From positions 242-64,241 of IMG/VR virus record IMGVR_UViG_2974640449_000001: 64,000 nt of DNA. The stretch is one strand, 5' to 3'. The notes beneath the pieces were generated by a model. That model ran no database searches and was not told where the DNA came from. It saw nothing but the letters and a program-made list of their open reading frames with translations. Position 1 is the first letter of the stretch; the number at the start of each line of letters is the position of its first letter. This DNA comes from a virus (taxonomy: Duplodnaviria > Heunggongvirae > Uroviricota > Caudoviricetes > Demerecviridae). Shown here in pieces: positions 25,797 through 36,613 of this stretch. A program made the position numbers and the translations under genes.

Positions 25797-28636
25797 GTAA
25801 TATATTAGAGACTACTAAAAAATACATAGAGACTACAGAAAATCTGAAATTAGCACATCTAGTCTCCCTAGAACTTCCAGGAGAGGAAGGTGTATACGTG
25901 TATTTTACTGACTACTTCAGAGATATTACCTATAATAATCAGGAGTATAAGACAGGAGTAGTTAAACGTGTTGGCGACGTAAAACAGACCAAAGAGTTCA
26001 CTATCTTCCGAGTACCTGTGCAAGTGAGCGGTGCTATTGAGGAAGAGGTTGATAGGGTATTAAACTCTAAAAGTTTCTTAAATAGAAAGATAAAAATCTT
26101 AAGAGCATTCCTTGATGACAATGGTAATATAATTCCAGTTTACTCAAATGGGGATATTATTACATACTTCGAAGGCGTAATTGTTACTAGTAAGTTAGAC
26201 GAGACTAATACTAACTCAGGTACTGGTCGTTCTACAATAACATGGAACTGTTCTAATAAAAACTACGAACTAGACGCTGTAAATGGACGTATAACTGATG
26301 ATGAATCACATCGGGGTCTTATCAACGTTAATGGGGTCATGCAACCTTCTGGCTCTGCTAAGAAACCTGAGTACCAACTTGATCGTGGTTTCTTTCATGC
26401 TGGCAAATCTGTAAAACTGTTAGCTGAATATCAGACAAAGGAAAAACGTTTTAGACTGAAAAAACGTAGAGCAGGTGGCTTCAGGGGTTTAATGGGGCAG
26501 AAATACTATGATATGGAAGAGTACTGGGCAGACGTTGTAAGGGAAGTAGATATGGATATAAACCTTACCGCTAAGTACTTACCTGTTCTTTATGGAGTAC
26601 AAAAAGTATCTGGTATTCCTATATTTTTTGATACAGACATCGGTAATCCGGAGGAAGTATGGGCAGTATACGCTTTCTGTGAAGGAGAAATAGACGGCTT
26701 CCTAGATATATTCTTTGGTGACAATCCGATGATTTGCGTATCTGAAAATGACCAAGAGAAACGTGCATGTATTGGTATGAAGCGAACCAAAGGTGACACT
26801 ATAGGAGCATTAGCTCCTAAGGGTGGTAGAACTGTACCTAGTAAGCACGGGCAGCACTATATCTATGATGATGGGGATGGCCCAATAGAGTTCTGGACAT
26901 TTCATGGCTCTAGCACACAAAATGCTGCACAGGTACTAGTAGATAAGGCAGCAGCAGGGGAGTTTAAGTTACAAAGTGACGGTAGTTATGGTTCTGAATA
27001 CTGGGATGATACCTTTAAGCTACTAGATACTGCATATTTAGTTGTAAAATATACTCTAAATGAGAACAGAACATCTATACCAGAAGTATCAGCAGAGATT
27101 CAAGGTAAGAAGATAGCCGTATACCACGAAGATGGTACAGTAACTAGTGATAAAACGTCTCTTAATCTAGCGTGGCAAACATTAGACTATCTAAGAAGCC
27201 CTACTTACGGTGCTGGACTGCCTTTAGATGAGATAGATTTACCAGCAATACAAGAGTGTGCTAAAATAATGGATGCTATTGATACTTCTTATGAACCAGA
27301 TTGGGTACCTTATTGGAGGTATTTAGGCTGGACAGATTTTAAAGAAGAAAACAGACAAATATTACAAGGCTCAGGTTTACTATCTACTAGTGATACCGTA
27401 TTTAAAAATATTCAGGCTTTGATAAGTCAATTTGATGCTTCTCTAAACATAGTTGGTGGTAAGTATACTCTTACAATGGAGGCTAACCGTCCGCCTGTAT
27501 ATGACATAGATGAGGGATCTATTATAAATGGCAGCATCCAAGTATCCGACAACTCCATGGAGCAGAAGTACAATGCTGTGCAGGCAGGTATCATTGACCC
27601 TTCAAAAGGTTGGGGTAGTAATACCATTACCTTCTTTAATAAAGAATATAAGTTAGAAGATAATGGGAAAGATAGAAAAGCAAATATCTCTTTTCCTTTC
27701 ATTACTAACTATTATACAGCTAGAACTCGTTCCGAGTACTACTTACGTAAATCTAGATATAATAGACAAATCTCTTTTGAGTTACCTTTTACTTTCATGT
27801 GGCTTTACCCTAATGCCAATATAACTATTACGAAACAACGTTATGGTTGGGATAAGAAAACATTTATGATCCAAGACTTAACTTGGATGTATAATGGTCA
27901 TATAAAAGTGGTTGCTAGAGAGTATGATGATTCTATGTTTTTAAGCTCTGGTCAAGTAGATAATAGTAATAATCAGATTCCTGATATTGTAGTTAATGTA
28001 CTACCTCCTAGAGACTTAAAATACGAGCCGAAAGCAGGTGATCAAAAGATAGGGCTAAATGGTACGCTATCGTGGTACCCTAGTCTATCAAAGCGTGTTG
28101 CATACTACACAGTAAAATACACAGGATTGACTGACCTAATAACCGTGCCTGCACCTGGTAATGTAGTATCTTCTCAAAAAATAGAGCTCCAACTATTTGA
28201 CCTAGCAGAAGGAGAGTATACCTTTGAAGTTAGGGCAGTATCCTTTGACGGGGAAACCAGTATGCCAGTAAGTATTACTGAACGAATAAATCCTAGCGCT
28301 ATACTGCCTATGGTGGAGAATTTCATCATAGTAAACCGAGCGGTAGTATCCGATAAGATTTTTGTAGGCAAAGACTTGCTGCTCGCATGGGACGAGTTGG
28401 TAGAGGGTAGATTTGTAGATGGATTTAAATACCATTTAAGATTTACCTCCGCCGACACAGGGGATACACTGAGAGATATTACTACAACAGATACTTCTTT
28501 CATTTATACTCTTGATATGAATAAGGAAGATTATAAACTCTTGCATGGTACTCTAGGTGTACACAGGAATCTAACCGTGTACGTTAGAGGCGAAGGGTCA
28601 AATAATATAACTTCAATTAACTGGACGGTATTATGA
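25793..28636 (+). CDS. Baseplate hub / tail tip protein (pb3-like)
   Basis: 947 aa, C-terminal FnIII-like domains, synteny. Confidence 0.9.
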   Translation: MSNILETTKKYIETTENLKLAHLVSLELPGEEGVYVYFTDYFRDITYNNQEYKTGVVKRVGDVKQTKEFTIFRVPVQVSGAIEEEVDRVLNSKSFLNRKIKILRAFLDDNGNIIPVYSNGDIITYFEGVIVTSKLDETNTNSGTGRSTITWNCSNKNYELDAVNGRITDDESHRGLINVNGVMQPSGSAKKPEYQLDRGFFHAGKSVKLLAEYQTKEKRFRLKKRRAGGFRGLMGQKYYDMEEYWADVVREVDMDINLTAKYLPVLYGVQKVSGIPIFFDTDIGNPEEVWAVYAFCEGEIDGFLDIFFGDNPMICVSENDQEKRACIGMKRTKGDTIGALAPKGGRTVPSKHGQHYIYDDGDGPIEFWTFHGSSTQNAAQVLVDKAAAGEFKLQSDGSYGSEYWDDTFKLLDTAYLVVKYTLNENRTSIPEVSAEIQGKKIAVYHEDGTVTSDKTSLNLAWQTLDYLRSPTYGAGLPLDEIDLPAIQECAKIMDAIDTSYEPDWVPYWRYLGWTDFKEENRQILQGSGLLSTSDTVFKNIQALISQFDASLNIVGGKYTLTMEANRPPVYDIDEGSIINGSIQVSDNSMEQKYNAVQAGIIDPSKGWGSNTITFFNKEYKLEDNGKDRKANISFPFITNYYTARTRSEYYLRKSRYNRQISFELPFTFMWLYPNANITITKQRYGWDKKTFMIQDLTWMYNGHIKVVAREYDDSMFLSSGQVDNSNNQIPDIVVNVLPPRDLKYEPKAGDQKIGLNGTLSWYPSLSKRVAYYTVKYTGLTDLITVPAPGNVVSSQKIELQLFDLAEGEYTFEVRAVSFDGETSMPVSITERINPSAILPMVENFIIVNRAVVSDKIFVGKDLLLAWDELVEGRFVDGFKYHLRFTSADTGDTLRDITTTDTSFIYTLDMNKEDYKLLHGTLGVHRNLTVYVRGEGSNNITSINWTVL

Positions 28637-30957
28637 TTGAAAACAAACTGCCTAGAAAATTACTTCTAGGCTCTATCGTGCCGGGGTATACTAAGCTGTA
28701 TATCCCACACTCAATATTCGAGGACGAGGATATTGTTGGTAAAGTTTTTTGGATAAACAATACCAAATTTATAGATACTAACACCGGAGTATTTTATACT
28801 ATTATAGATGCTTTGAAACCTAACACTACTTATACAGGTATTGTGGGGTCTTACTATGATGCAATGGTTGACTCCGAGCTGTTAGATAATAAGATAGGGT
28901 TAAACCTATCAGACCCAGCACAAGCAAAAACCTTAACATACCCTACTATTAACAACGTTATCGTAGGAGCTCAAGAGGTTGATGTGGGAGTTGGTGACCC
29001 TATTATTACTATGGAGATACTAGGAGATGCAGACTCTATTCGTATAGATAAAAAGCTATCTTCTCAAAACGATACTGAGTGGTCTCCAGCTTATAGCGGT
29101 AGTCCGGATGGAGTATCCTTTACTACTGGTAGGGGTACTTATGACTTTAGGGTAGTAGGGTATGTGTACCTTCCTGATGGAGTTACTACTGAGACTTCTT
29201 CTTATGATATAGTAAGGAATGTAAAAGTAGAGAATATGTTCCGCCCACCAAGTGCACCTACTAATGTCTCATTCAAGGTAGCAAAAATAATGGATGGGAT
29301 GGAAAGGTATGATCTACAAGTCGCCTGGGACTGGAATAAAGGTACTGGCAGTTCAGTCAGAGAATTTGTTCTTTACTTTGTAGAAACTAGCGAGTATAAT
29401 AAAACCAGATGGGAAAAGGCCAGTAAAATCAACAGCGGAGCTGCACAAGCTTCAGTTATTACAGGCTTCCCTTTCAATAAAGAATATAAATTTAAGGTAG
29501 CATCAGTAGCCTGGGGGCCAGATGACCAAGCTATTGTAGACTCTTCTGTAGCTACCTTTAAAATTGATAAAAATACTCCAATTGATTCCTCATTTACAAA
29601 TAATACAGGGATAGAGGTTACTTACGACCATATTAAAGCTTATAGAAATATATTAGGAACTAAGGAACAAACTTTCTTACTAGACGCAAATACAGGTTCA
29701 TTAGCTATTGGTAAGTTAGATAGTAAAGGTAAAGCTCCAATATCTGTAGACCCTGCCAATGGTAACGTAAACGTCGATGGTGCGGTGATATCTAAGACAA
29801 TGTACTCTGCTTCGTTTGTGCTATCAAACTTATCAGGGAAAGATAATCCTAGTATCCGAACAGCATCTAAAACAGGTTTCGGACAAGCTGCCCAAGGTAT
29901 GTGGATGGGCTATGCTAATAACGACTCCAAGTTCAAATTTGATCTAGGGGACTCTACTAGCTTTATAAGATGGGATGGGGACAAGCTAGTTATCTCCGGT
30001 AAGGTACAGATTGGTACTCCAGGTGGTAATGTTGATATTGATAAAGGTATCCAAGGTAACTTCGTAGCTAATATTTATAAAGCTGCCGCCTCAAGACCTA
30101 CAAAACCTACAAGCGATGCATTCCCTCCAGCAGGTTGGAGTGAAGTACCTATCACTAGTAGTAATAGCTTGGTATGGATTTCTACTGCTGTTATCGACTC
30201 TAAAACTAATAAAGTGTCGTCAAATAGCTCTTGGTCTACTCCTATCCAATTTACCGCTGCCGCAGGTAAGGACGGAGTAGCTTCTGTATTAATATACAAG
30301 CAATCTACATCTAAACCTAGTACACCTACCAATAAGTCTATACCACCTAGTGGATGGTCCTTGCAAATCCCTACTAGAGTAGCTGGACAGTCTATTTGGG
30401 TATGTAGTGCGATTAGAACAGGTGTGGAGCCTAATATAACAGGCAGTTGGTCAGCTCCTAGTAAGTTAAGTGGCGACGATGGTAAGCCAGGTATTAACGG
30501 TAAGGATGGTAAGCCAGGTATTAACGGTAAGGATGGTAGACCTGGGACTGATGGTAGGCCAGGAGCCAATGGTGAACGTGGCCCAGGATTCTATGCTCAG
30601 GCCATATCTGGGTTTTCTAGATTTAATACTACGTCTGCAACTACGTTCTTTAAAAATACCTTTAATAGTAACCCTGTTAAATACGATGTATTAACTCAGT
30701 TTAACTCTGGCAACCCCGCTATTGCCGAAACAAGACAGTGGGATGGTTATAGTTGGGTTAGTGCAGCTTTACTGGTGCATGGTAATATGTTAGTAAATGG
30801 TACTATTACCACGGATAAAATAGTAGCTGATAATGCGTTCTTACAAAAAATTGGTGTAAATAAGATCTATGATAATAGAGCCGCTCAATCAGCTAATCCA
30901 GAAGCAACGTATAAAATGAAGATAGACCTCTCCGCAGGCTCTATACATATAAGATAA
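28633..30957 (+). CDS. Central straight fibre (pb4-like) with collagen-like insert
   Basis: FnIII-like domains, Gly-X-Y repeats at 30481-30585, C-terminal beta spike. Confidence 0.85.
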   Translation: MIENKLPRKLLLGSIVPGYTKLYIPHSIFEDEDIVGKVFWINNTKFIDTNTGVFYTIIDALKPNTTYTGIVGSYYDAMVDSELLDNKIGLNLSDPAQAKTLTYPTINNVIVGAQEVDVGVGDPIITMEILGDADSIRIDKKLSSQNDTEWSPAYSGSPDGVSFTTGRGTYDFRVVGYVYLPDGVTTETSSYDIVRNVKVENMFRPPSAPTNVSFKVAKIMDGMERYDLQVAWDWNKGTGSSVREFVLYFVETSEYNKTRWEKASKINSGAAQASVITGFPFNKEYKFKVASVAWGPDDQAIVDSSVATFKIDKNTPIDSSFTNNTGIEVTYDHIKAYRNILGTKEQTFLLDANTGSLAIGKLDSKGKAPISVDPANGNVNVDGAVISKTMYSASFVLSNLSGKDNPSIRTASKTGFGQAAQGMWMGYANNDSKFKFDLGDSTSFIRWDGDKLVISGKVQIGTPGGNVDIDKGIQGNFVANIYKAAASRPTKPTSDAFPPAGWSEVPITSSNSLVWISTAVIDSKTNKVSSNSSWSTPIQFTAAAGKDGVASVLIYKQSTSKPSTPTNKSIPPSGWSLQIPTRVAGQSIWVCSAIRTGVEPNITGSWSAPSKLSGDDGKPGINGKDGKPGINGKDGRPGTDGRPGANGERGPGFYAQAISGFSRFNTTSATTFFKNTFNSNPVKYDVLTQFNSGNPAIAETRQWDGYSWVSAALLVHGNMLVNGTITTDKIVADNAFLQKIGVNKIYDNRAAQSANPEATYKMKIDLSAGSIHIR
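30481..30534 (+). repeat. 27-bp tandem repeat encoding GKPGINGKD x2
   Basis: Exact duplicate. Confidence 0.9.
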
Positions 30958-30959
30958 TT

Positions 30960-31742
30960 ATGAGCAAAATAGTCAATTTAAAAATAGAAGAGGGAGCTAC
31001 TTTTTCTCACGTATTAAAGTTTACTACAAAGAAAGTAACGGGTCAGCAACTAGACCCGCTTACTAATAAGTTAGTTCCTATCAAACAAAAAGGCCCTATA
31101 GACTTAACTGGCTATACTATTGTAGCTCAGTTAAGAACAGCGTTCTCAGATAAAGCAGATCTAATAGTAAATTTCGAAGCAACTATAGCTTCTGGAAAAG
31201 ATGGACTAGCCTACCTAGGTTTAACTAAGGAACAAACAGCAGGTCTAGGGAAATTTGTTAGTAAAGTTGCGCATGGCATAGGTTCTGAGCGAGTATATGA
31301 GCTAGGATATTATGACGTTTTATTAATTAGCCCTAAAGGTTCTGCTACAAGAGTATATCAAGGTAAATGTTACTTAAGTCGAGCAGCCACTCTAGATCCC
31401 CTAACTGAGACTGGTCTAGGTAGTACTATATCTAAGTCACCTGTGACTCCTATAACTACACCAGTAGTTTTAACCGTGGATAAAACTAAACCACACTATT
31501 TCGCGGGTATTAGATACTTTAATGGCGGTATACAGGTCACTCCTACAGACGGTACTGTACAAATATTTAAGAAACCGGATACTTCTAGTGCCTTCCAAAC
31601 ATCCCCAGTAGGTACTATAGCTGCGACAGTTCCTACTGCAGAGGTTACTTGGTATGGTAACTCTCAGGAAGTAAAAGCAGTACCTAATAATATACTTGGA
31701 GCTGATTTCTACCAGTTAGTAGTTGTAAGCAATATATCATAA
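30960..31742 (+). CDS. Collar / fibre-attachment protein (p132/BppU-like) with C-terminal extension
   Basis: PIDLTGY...GYYDV...RVYQGK motifs in the N-terminal ~145 aa. Confidence 0.75.
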   Translation: MSKIVNLKIEEGATFSHVLKFTTKKVTGQQLDPLTNKLVPIKQKGPIDLTGYTIVAQLRTAFSDKADLIVNFEATIASGKDGLAYLGLTKEQTAGLGKFVSKVAHGIGSERVYELGYYDVLLISPKGSATRVYQGKCYLSRAATLDPLTETGLGSTISKSPVTPITTPVVLTVDKTKPHYFAGIRYFNGGIQVTPTDGTVQIFKKPDTSSAFQTSPVGTIAATVPTAEVTWYGNSQEVKAVPNNILGADFYQLVVVSNIS

Positions 31743-31751
31743 GGAGCAACA

Positions 31752-33803
31752 ATGGCAGATAATATTGAAATTGAACAAAGAGTGTTAGACGGGGACTTAA
31801 TTGGCCCTGTCAATGCCGAAATAGACACTAAAGATTTCACTGGTCTAGTAGCTCTAGAGAATAGTCTACTAGATGGTACTGGCTCTGAAATCTCAATAGA
31901 GCTATCAGAAAGTCTTGGTGTTATTGGTCTTGATGACTTAGTAGAGGTTAAGAGCGAAATAGACAAGTCTGTGCTAAAAGCTGAATCAACAGTGACCGAG
32001 GCGCAGAGACAGATTGATAAGGCCAATGCTACAATTGCTGATCTTAATGCTATCAGTACGCAAATAACTACACTGGTTGGTGAGGCTAAACAGGCGGCTG
32101 CTACGGCTACTAATGAAGCTGCGGATGCAGGGAGAAGCGAGACTGCCGCGGCAGGTAGTGCTAAGGCCGCCTCTGATTCTCAAAAAGCAGCAGCTACAAG
32201 TCAAGCTCAAGCTCTAGCTTCTCAAAAAGCAGCAGCTACAAGTCAAGCACAAGCTCTAGCTTCTCAAAAAGCCGCTAAGACCTCAGAAACTAATGCTAGT
32301 GGTCACGAAGCTAGAACTTTACAGAGTGAGAAAAATGCAGCAGCATCAGCAAAAGCAGCAGATACAGACCAGAAAGCAGCCCTGGCAGCACAAAAAGCAG
32401 CAGAGCTCGCAAGAGATGCAGCTAAGGCTAGTGAAAATACAGCTAGTACACACGCAGGTAGTGCATTTAGTTATAAGACTGATGCCGAGACTGCTTTAGC
32501 ATCAGCTAAAAAATCAGAAGCAGCTGCGGCACAATCAGCTAAAGAAGCGGAAACGTCAGCATCCTCTATGACTCAATCTGTAGCAGATGCTCGTACAGCC
32601 AGAGATGCTGCTATATCTGCTAGAGACCGCTCAGAGTCTGCTAGAGATATTTCAGTTAATAAGGCCAGTATCGCTACGACAAAAGCAGCTGAGGCTTCTT
32701 CTAGTGCATCGAGCGCTTCTTCTAGTGCATCAGCAGCAAAAACTAGCGAAACAAATGCTCTAAACAGCCAACGTGCAGCTAAGACTTCCGAGACAAATTC
32801 AAAAACCTCCGAGACTAATTCAAAAGCTTCTGAAAGAGTTGCTTTGGCCTCAAAAGATGCCGCAGCTAAGAGTGCAACAGCAGCTAGTGCCAGTGCAGCA
32901 GATGCTAAGAAGTCTCAAGATGCCGCTAAAGCCTCACGTGACGAGGCAGAACATTTTGCAGAAGAGCTACGCAAAGGCAGTGTATATAGAGGTATTTGGA
33001 ACCCAAACTCTAATAAGTACCCAGATGTTCCACCAACTAACTCTCGTTGGGACGTGCAGCTTAACAAGGGACAACTAGAGAAAATATTTGATGGTAAAGA
33101 ATGGAACTGGGGTGACAGACTAATATATGTATTAGAAACCAAATCCTTCGATATAATCGACTCTGGTACAGGAGTTACTAGTATTAATGGTGAAACTGGA
33201 TCTGTTACTATTAATAGAGATACTCTAGGTGCTCTAGGTAAAACTGAAAAGGCAGCAGATAGTGCAAAACTAGAAGGTAGCACTAAAGCTCAAATTATCG
33301 CTAAAGCTCGTGAAGGCTTGGCTCCAGCCGACGCTAGCTATAATAAAGCTGAGTCTGATAGCAAATACTTACCTAAAAATACTAACATTGACTTAAATGT
33401 TAATGATAACGCCCATATTGGTGTAAATGCGGGTACAAATAAAGATGCTACTTTCTACTTAACTGAAGATAGTGGTAAGCATGGTGCTTACATTCGTTAT
33501 AACGGCAGCGCAGGCAATAATCGCACATACCTAGGTACTCGTAGTAGTAATGCTGAAACTGCTTTTGCATACGTTGAGAGAGGATCTAAAGACTTACACG
33601 TAGTAGGGAACGTAACCCTAGATACTGAACAGTCTAGCGTAGGTAACTCACTTACTAGACGAGACTGGGTTCAAAGTGAGCTAGATAAAAAAGCAAGCAC
33701 AACTAAAGCCACTATTGGTAAAGTAAAGATGCAGCTAGGTACTACAATTGGTGGTGCTAATGTAGATAATGCCCCCTTATTATTGAAGATAGATTGGGTA
33801 TAG
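31752..33803 (+). CDS. Lateral (L-shaped) tail fibre, N-terminal part
   Basis: Ala/Ser/Lys coiled-coil repeats, VTSINGETG fibre motif; position of T5 pb1. Confidence 0.85.
   Translation: MADNIEIEQRVLDGDLIGPVNAEIDTKDFTGLVALENSLLDGTGSEISIELSESLGVIGLDDLVEVKSEIDKSVLKAESTVTEAQRQIDKANATIADLNAISTQITTLVGEAKQAAATATNEAADAGRSETAAAGSAKAASDSQKAAATSQAQALASQKAAATSQAQALASQKAAKTSETNASGHEARTLQSEKNAAASAKAADTDQKAALAAQKAAELARDAAKASENTASTHAGSAFSYKTDAETALASAKKSEAAAAQSAKEAETSASSMTQSVADARTARDAAISARDRSESARDISVNKASIATTKAAEASSSASSASSSASAAKTSETNALNSQRAAKTSETNSKTSETNSKASERVALASKDAAAKSATAASASAADAKKSQDAAKASRDEAEHFAEELRKGSVYRGIWNPNSNKYPDVPPTNSRWDVQLNKGQLEKIFDGKEWNWGDRLIYVLETKSFDIIDSGTGVTSINGETGSVTINRDTLGALGKTEKAADSAKLEGSTKAQIIAKAREGLAPADASYNKAESDSKYLPKNTNIDLNVNDNAHIGVNAGTNKDATFYLTEDSGKHGAYIRYNGSAGNNRTYLGTRSSNAETAFAYVERGSKDLHVVGNVTLDTEQSSVGNSLTRRDWVQSELDKKASTTKATIGKVKMQLGTTIGGANVDNAPLLLKIDWV
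32178..32273 (+). repeat. 42-bp tandem repeat (SQKAAATSQAQALA) in the fibre coiled coil
   Basis: Two near-exact units plus a partial third. Confidence 0.85.
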
Positions 33804-34366
33804 ATGGCAATGAGATTTATTCTAAGATTGATATGATTTTAGGTACGCTAGCTAACTATATAGACTTTAAGAAGGGAACTCAGCAATTAGTTCGTATAGG
33901 GGATGCAGGCCTAGACGTTGTTACTGGTACTCTTAAAGAGAAGGGTCAACGAGTTTACTCACCTAATAACAAACCTAAACTTGAAGATCTATCTCAGCCC
34001 TCTACAGTGGTTAAGCCACTAAAACTAACCGCAGGTCAGTGGACTACTCTTCTAACTAATAGTGACTTTAAGGACGGTACAGGTGTGTATCAGATATTGG
34101 TAACTTATTCATCCTATACTAACGGTGGTGTGGCTTATACACAAGGATATACTGGCCAACTTTACTGGTTTGCTCAACCTACTAATGCTAGCAATGTAGC
34201 AGAAATACCACTACACCACATGGGGCACGCTGATGGGGGAGAATATATTTATCTTAGAACTCGTATTAATAGGGGCAGTAAGGGTGACCAATCAGTAGAT
34301 ATTAAATGCAATAAATCATTTGCTAGTGCAGTAAGCTTTACTGCTAGACTAGTAAGAATAATGTAA
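33770..34366 (+). CDS. Tail fibre continuation in the -1 frame (likely fused to 31752.. by frameshift or indel)
   Basis: No ATG or SD; frame open from 33770; RVYSPNNKP fibre motif. Confidence 0.65.
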   Translation, partial: CPLIIEDRLGIDGNEIYSKIDMILGTLANYIDFKKGTQQLVRIGDAGLDVVTGTLKEKGQRVYSPNNKPKLEDLSQPSTVVKPLKLTAGQWTTLLTNSDFKDGTGVYQILVTYSSYTNGGVAYTQGYTGQLYWFAQPTNASNVAEIPLHHMGHADGGEYIYLRTRINRGSKGDQSVDIKCNKSFASAVSFTARLVRIM

Positions 34367-34375
34367 GGAGTTATA

Positions 34376-36052
34376 ATGCGCGTAGAGAATTTACAAGCAG
34401 AAACAACAATAACTGAAAACGGGGCGAGAGTATACTCGCCTAATAATAAACCAAGTGCCTCTGATATAGGTGCCCTACCTTCTAATGGTAAGGCCGCGGA
34501 CGCTATTAAATCTGACACAGTATCGGGTACAAATCTAGGTAAAACAGACACACCATACATTACTATCCCAAATGTAGCGTGGTATGCTGATGCACCTATT
34601 GGTAAATCTCAGATGGTTAAGCCCGACAGCTATGGACTACCTATAGCTGCCAGTGGGTATATATTTAAGATTGGTGCTCGTGATGTATCGGGCGGTAGCA
34701 GCTGGATATTTAGTACCGATTACGCGGGCGTGGATACTAGGGTATTCTTCGGCACATGTGAAACGTCTAGTCATGATCCAAAATGGCACGAAGCCTACAG
34801 CCCTAACCATAAACCAACAGCAGCCGATGTAGGTGCTCATCCAACCTCCTGGAAGCCTGCTTGGAATGATGTACAGAGTAAGCCTGCTCAAGCAACTAGA
34901 TGGCCAAGCTGGGGCGAAGTTACCGGTAAGCCTGGTACAATGCCACCAAGTTCTCATACGCACCCTTGGTCACAGATTACAGGTCAACCAGTATATGCAC
35001 AGCGTTGGCCAAACTGGAATGAGGTTTCTGGTAAGCCTGGGAATCTACTGACACAGACTACTGCTGATACTCGCTATATGAGTAAAACTGCAAAACCTGA
35101 CGCTAATACTCTGGATGGGCAGGATTCTAGTTTTTATCGTAAAGGCATGTTAATAACACAGAAAACTATTAACGTTGGCGGAGATGCCAATACTTATTAC
35201 CCAGTACTTATTACCGGTTCCGCTAGTTTCGCCTGGGCTAGGTATAATATTAGCCGCTCATATAGTGAGCCTGCTCCTAATACTTGGAATAACTCCACCC
35301 ATAGAGGGGGCCTAACTTTCTCCTGGGAAGCCTCGGGGGATTCCGGTTGGGGTGGTAATGACCATAACTATAGAGTACTAGAGTTTAGTGAGAGCTATTC
35401 AACTATGGTTGCTGGTATGGCTCTGTCTGTGGGCGGTATGATTGTATGGTTACGTGGGGGTAACGCTAGATATCATGTTACTGGCCCTGTTGGTGTTGAT
35501 CAAGGTGTAACGGTATACTTAAATGGGTATACTGCAGCTAATGGCAGTAAGTTTACAGCCCGTAGTAATGTTAATAGTAAGACTGCGGAAATAATTAATA
35601 GACAATTTGCTCGTGGTTCTGGTCAGCTATACGATACTGGTCAGAGAGTTTATTCACCAGTCAATAAACCAAGTGCAGGTGACGTTGGAGCATACACCAA
35701 AGGTGAAGCTGATGGTCGTTATATACGTTTCGACTATGAAGGTAACTCTACTTACGCCAGATTTGTACAACCTAAATCTACATGGATTCGTGCTCCGCAT
35801 AGGGATGGCGGTTTCTTGCCATATGCTAATGGTAGTAGCTTACTAGGTACAAGCTCTTGGCAATGGAAGTCAGTCTATGCCACTGCAATATACGATAACA
35901 ATCAGAGGGTATATTCTCCCGTAAACAAACCAACCCCAGCAGCGCTAGGAGCAGAGCCTAGACTAGCAGCTGAGAGAAAGAGAAAGATTACTTATGGTAC
36001 TGGTAACCCTAGTGGCGGTGCTAGTGGTGATATTTATATTCAATATAAATAA
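34376..36052 (+). CDS. Distal tail fibre subunit
   Basis: Four RVYSPxNKP-type repeats, WxEVxGKP repeats, C-terminal GTGNPSGG..GDIYIQY. Confidence 0.85.
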   Translation: MRVENLQAETTITENGARVYSPNNKPSASDIGALPSNGKAADAIKSDTVSGTNLGKTDTPYITIPNVAWYADAPIGKSQMVKPDSYGLPIAASGYIFKIGARDVSGGSSWIFSTDYAGVDTRVFFGTCETSSHDPKWHEAYSPNHKPTAADVGAHPTSWKPAWNDVQSKPAQATRWPSWGEVTGKPGTMPPSSHTHPWSQITGQPVYAQRWPNWNEVSGKPGNLLTQTTADTRYMSKTAKPDANTLDGQDSSFYRKGMLITQKTINVGGDANTYYPVLITGSASFAWARYNISRSYSEPAPNTWNNSTHRGGLTFSWEASGDSGWGGNDHNYRVLEFSESYSTMVAGMALSVGGMIVWLRGGNARYHVTGPVGVDQGVTVYLNGYTAANGSKFTARSNVNSKTAEIINRQFARGSGQLYDTGQRVYSPVNKPSAGDVGAYTKGEADGRYIRFDYEGNSTYARFVQPKSTWIRAPHRDGGFLPYANGSSLLGTSSWQWKSVYATAIYDNNQRVYSPVNKPTPAALGAEPRLAAERKRKITYGTGNPSGGASGDIYIQYK

Positions 36053-36061
36053 GGAGAATTT

Positions 36062-36613
36062 ATGAAAGTAAATATAAGCGGCTCGTGGAAGAATGGAGTT
36101 CCATGGGTAAACATTGGGGGTACGTGGCGAAAAGGAATCGCCACGTGGGTCAACATAAGTGGTACGTGGAAGAAAATGGCTTACTCTATTAATAAGATCG
36201 TGTTTACTCAACCAATTGTAGACACATCTTATGCAGGGGCAGAACGATACGGTACAGTAGATATAAATAAATTCACCATGACCCCTTCTGAGTACCCTTG
36301 TACTGGCTTAAAATTCTATACTTGGCTGAAAGAGTGGGCTCCTGCACCTAAGGACGCTTGGATTGACATTTTGGTGAAAGATGAGGAAGAAAGTCTTAGA
36401 CTATATAATACCTTACGTGCTGGTAAAACTGGTATAATCCTAAAAGGTACGGGTACAACTAACGCATGGTTTAATAGCTCTAACGCTACTTTTGAGAGAT
36501 TCTCTGCTTCGGGAGATGTTAGAATAACGCCTAAAGATAAGGCTATCTTATTCTTATTCTTAAAAAGGAATAGAGGTCAAACTATAGAAATGACAGTAAA
36601 TATAAACGAATAA
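36062..36613 (+). CDS. Putative fibre-tip adhesin / accessory protein
   Basis: Three N-terminal VNIxGxWK repeats; AAGGAG SD. Confidence 0.65.
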   Translation: MKVNISGSWKNGVPWVNIGGTWRKGIATWVNISGTWKKMAYSINKIVFTQPIVDTSYAGAERYGTVDINKFTMTPSEYPCTGLKFYTWLKEWAPAPKDAWIDILVKDEEESLRLYNTLRAGKTGIILKGTGTTNAWFNSSNATFERFSASGDVRITPKDKAILFLFLKRNRGQTIEMTVNINE

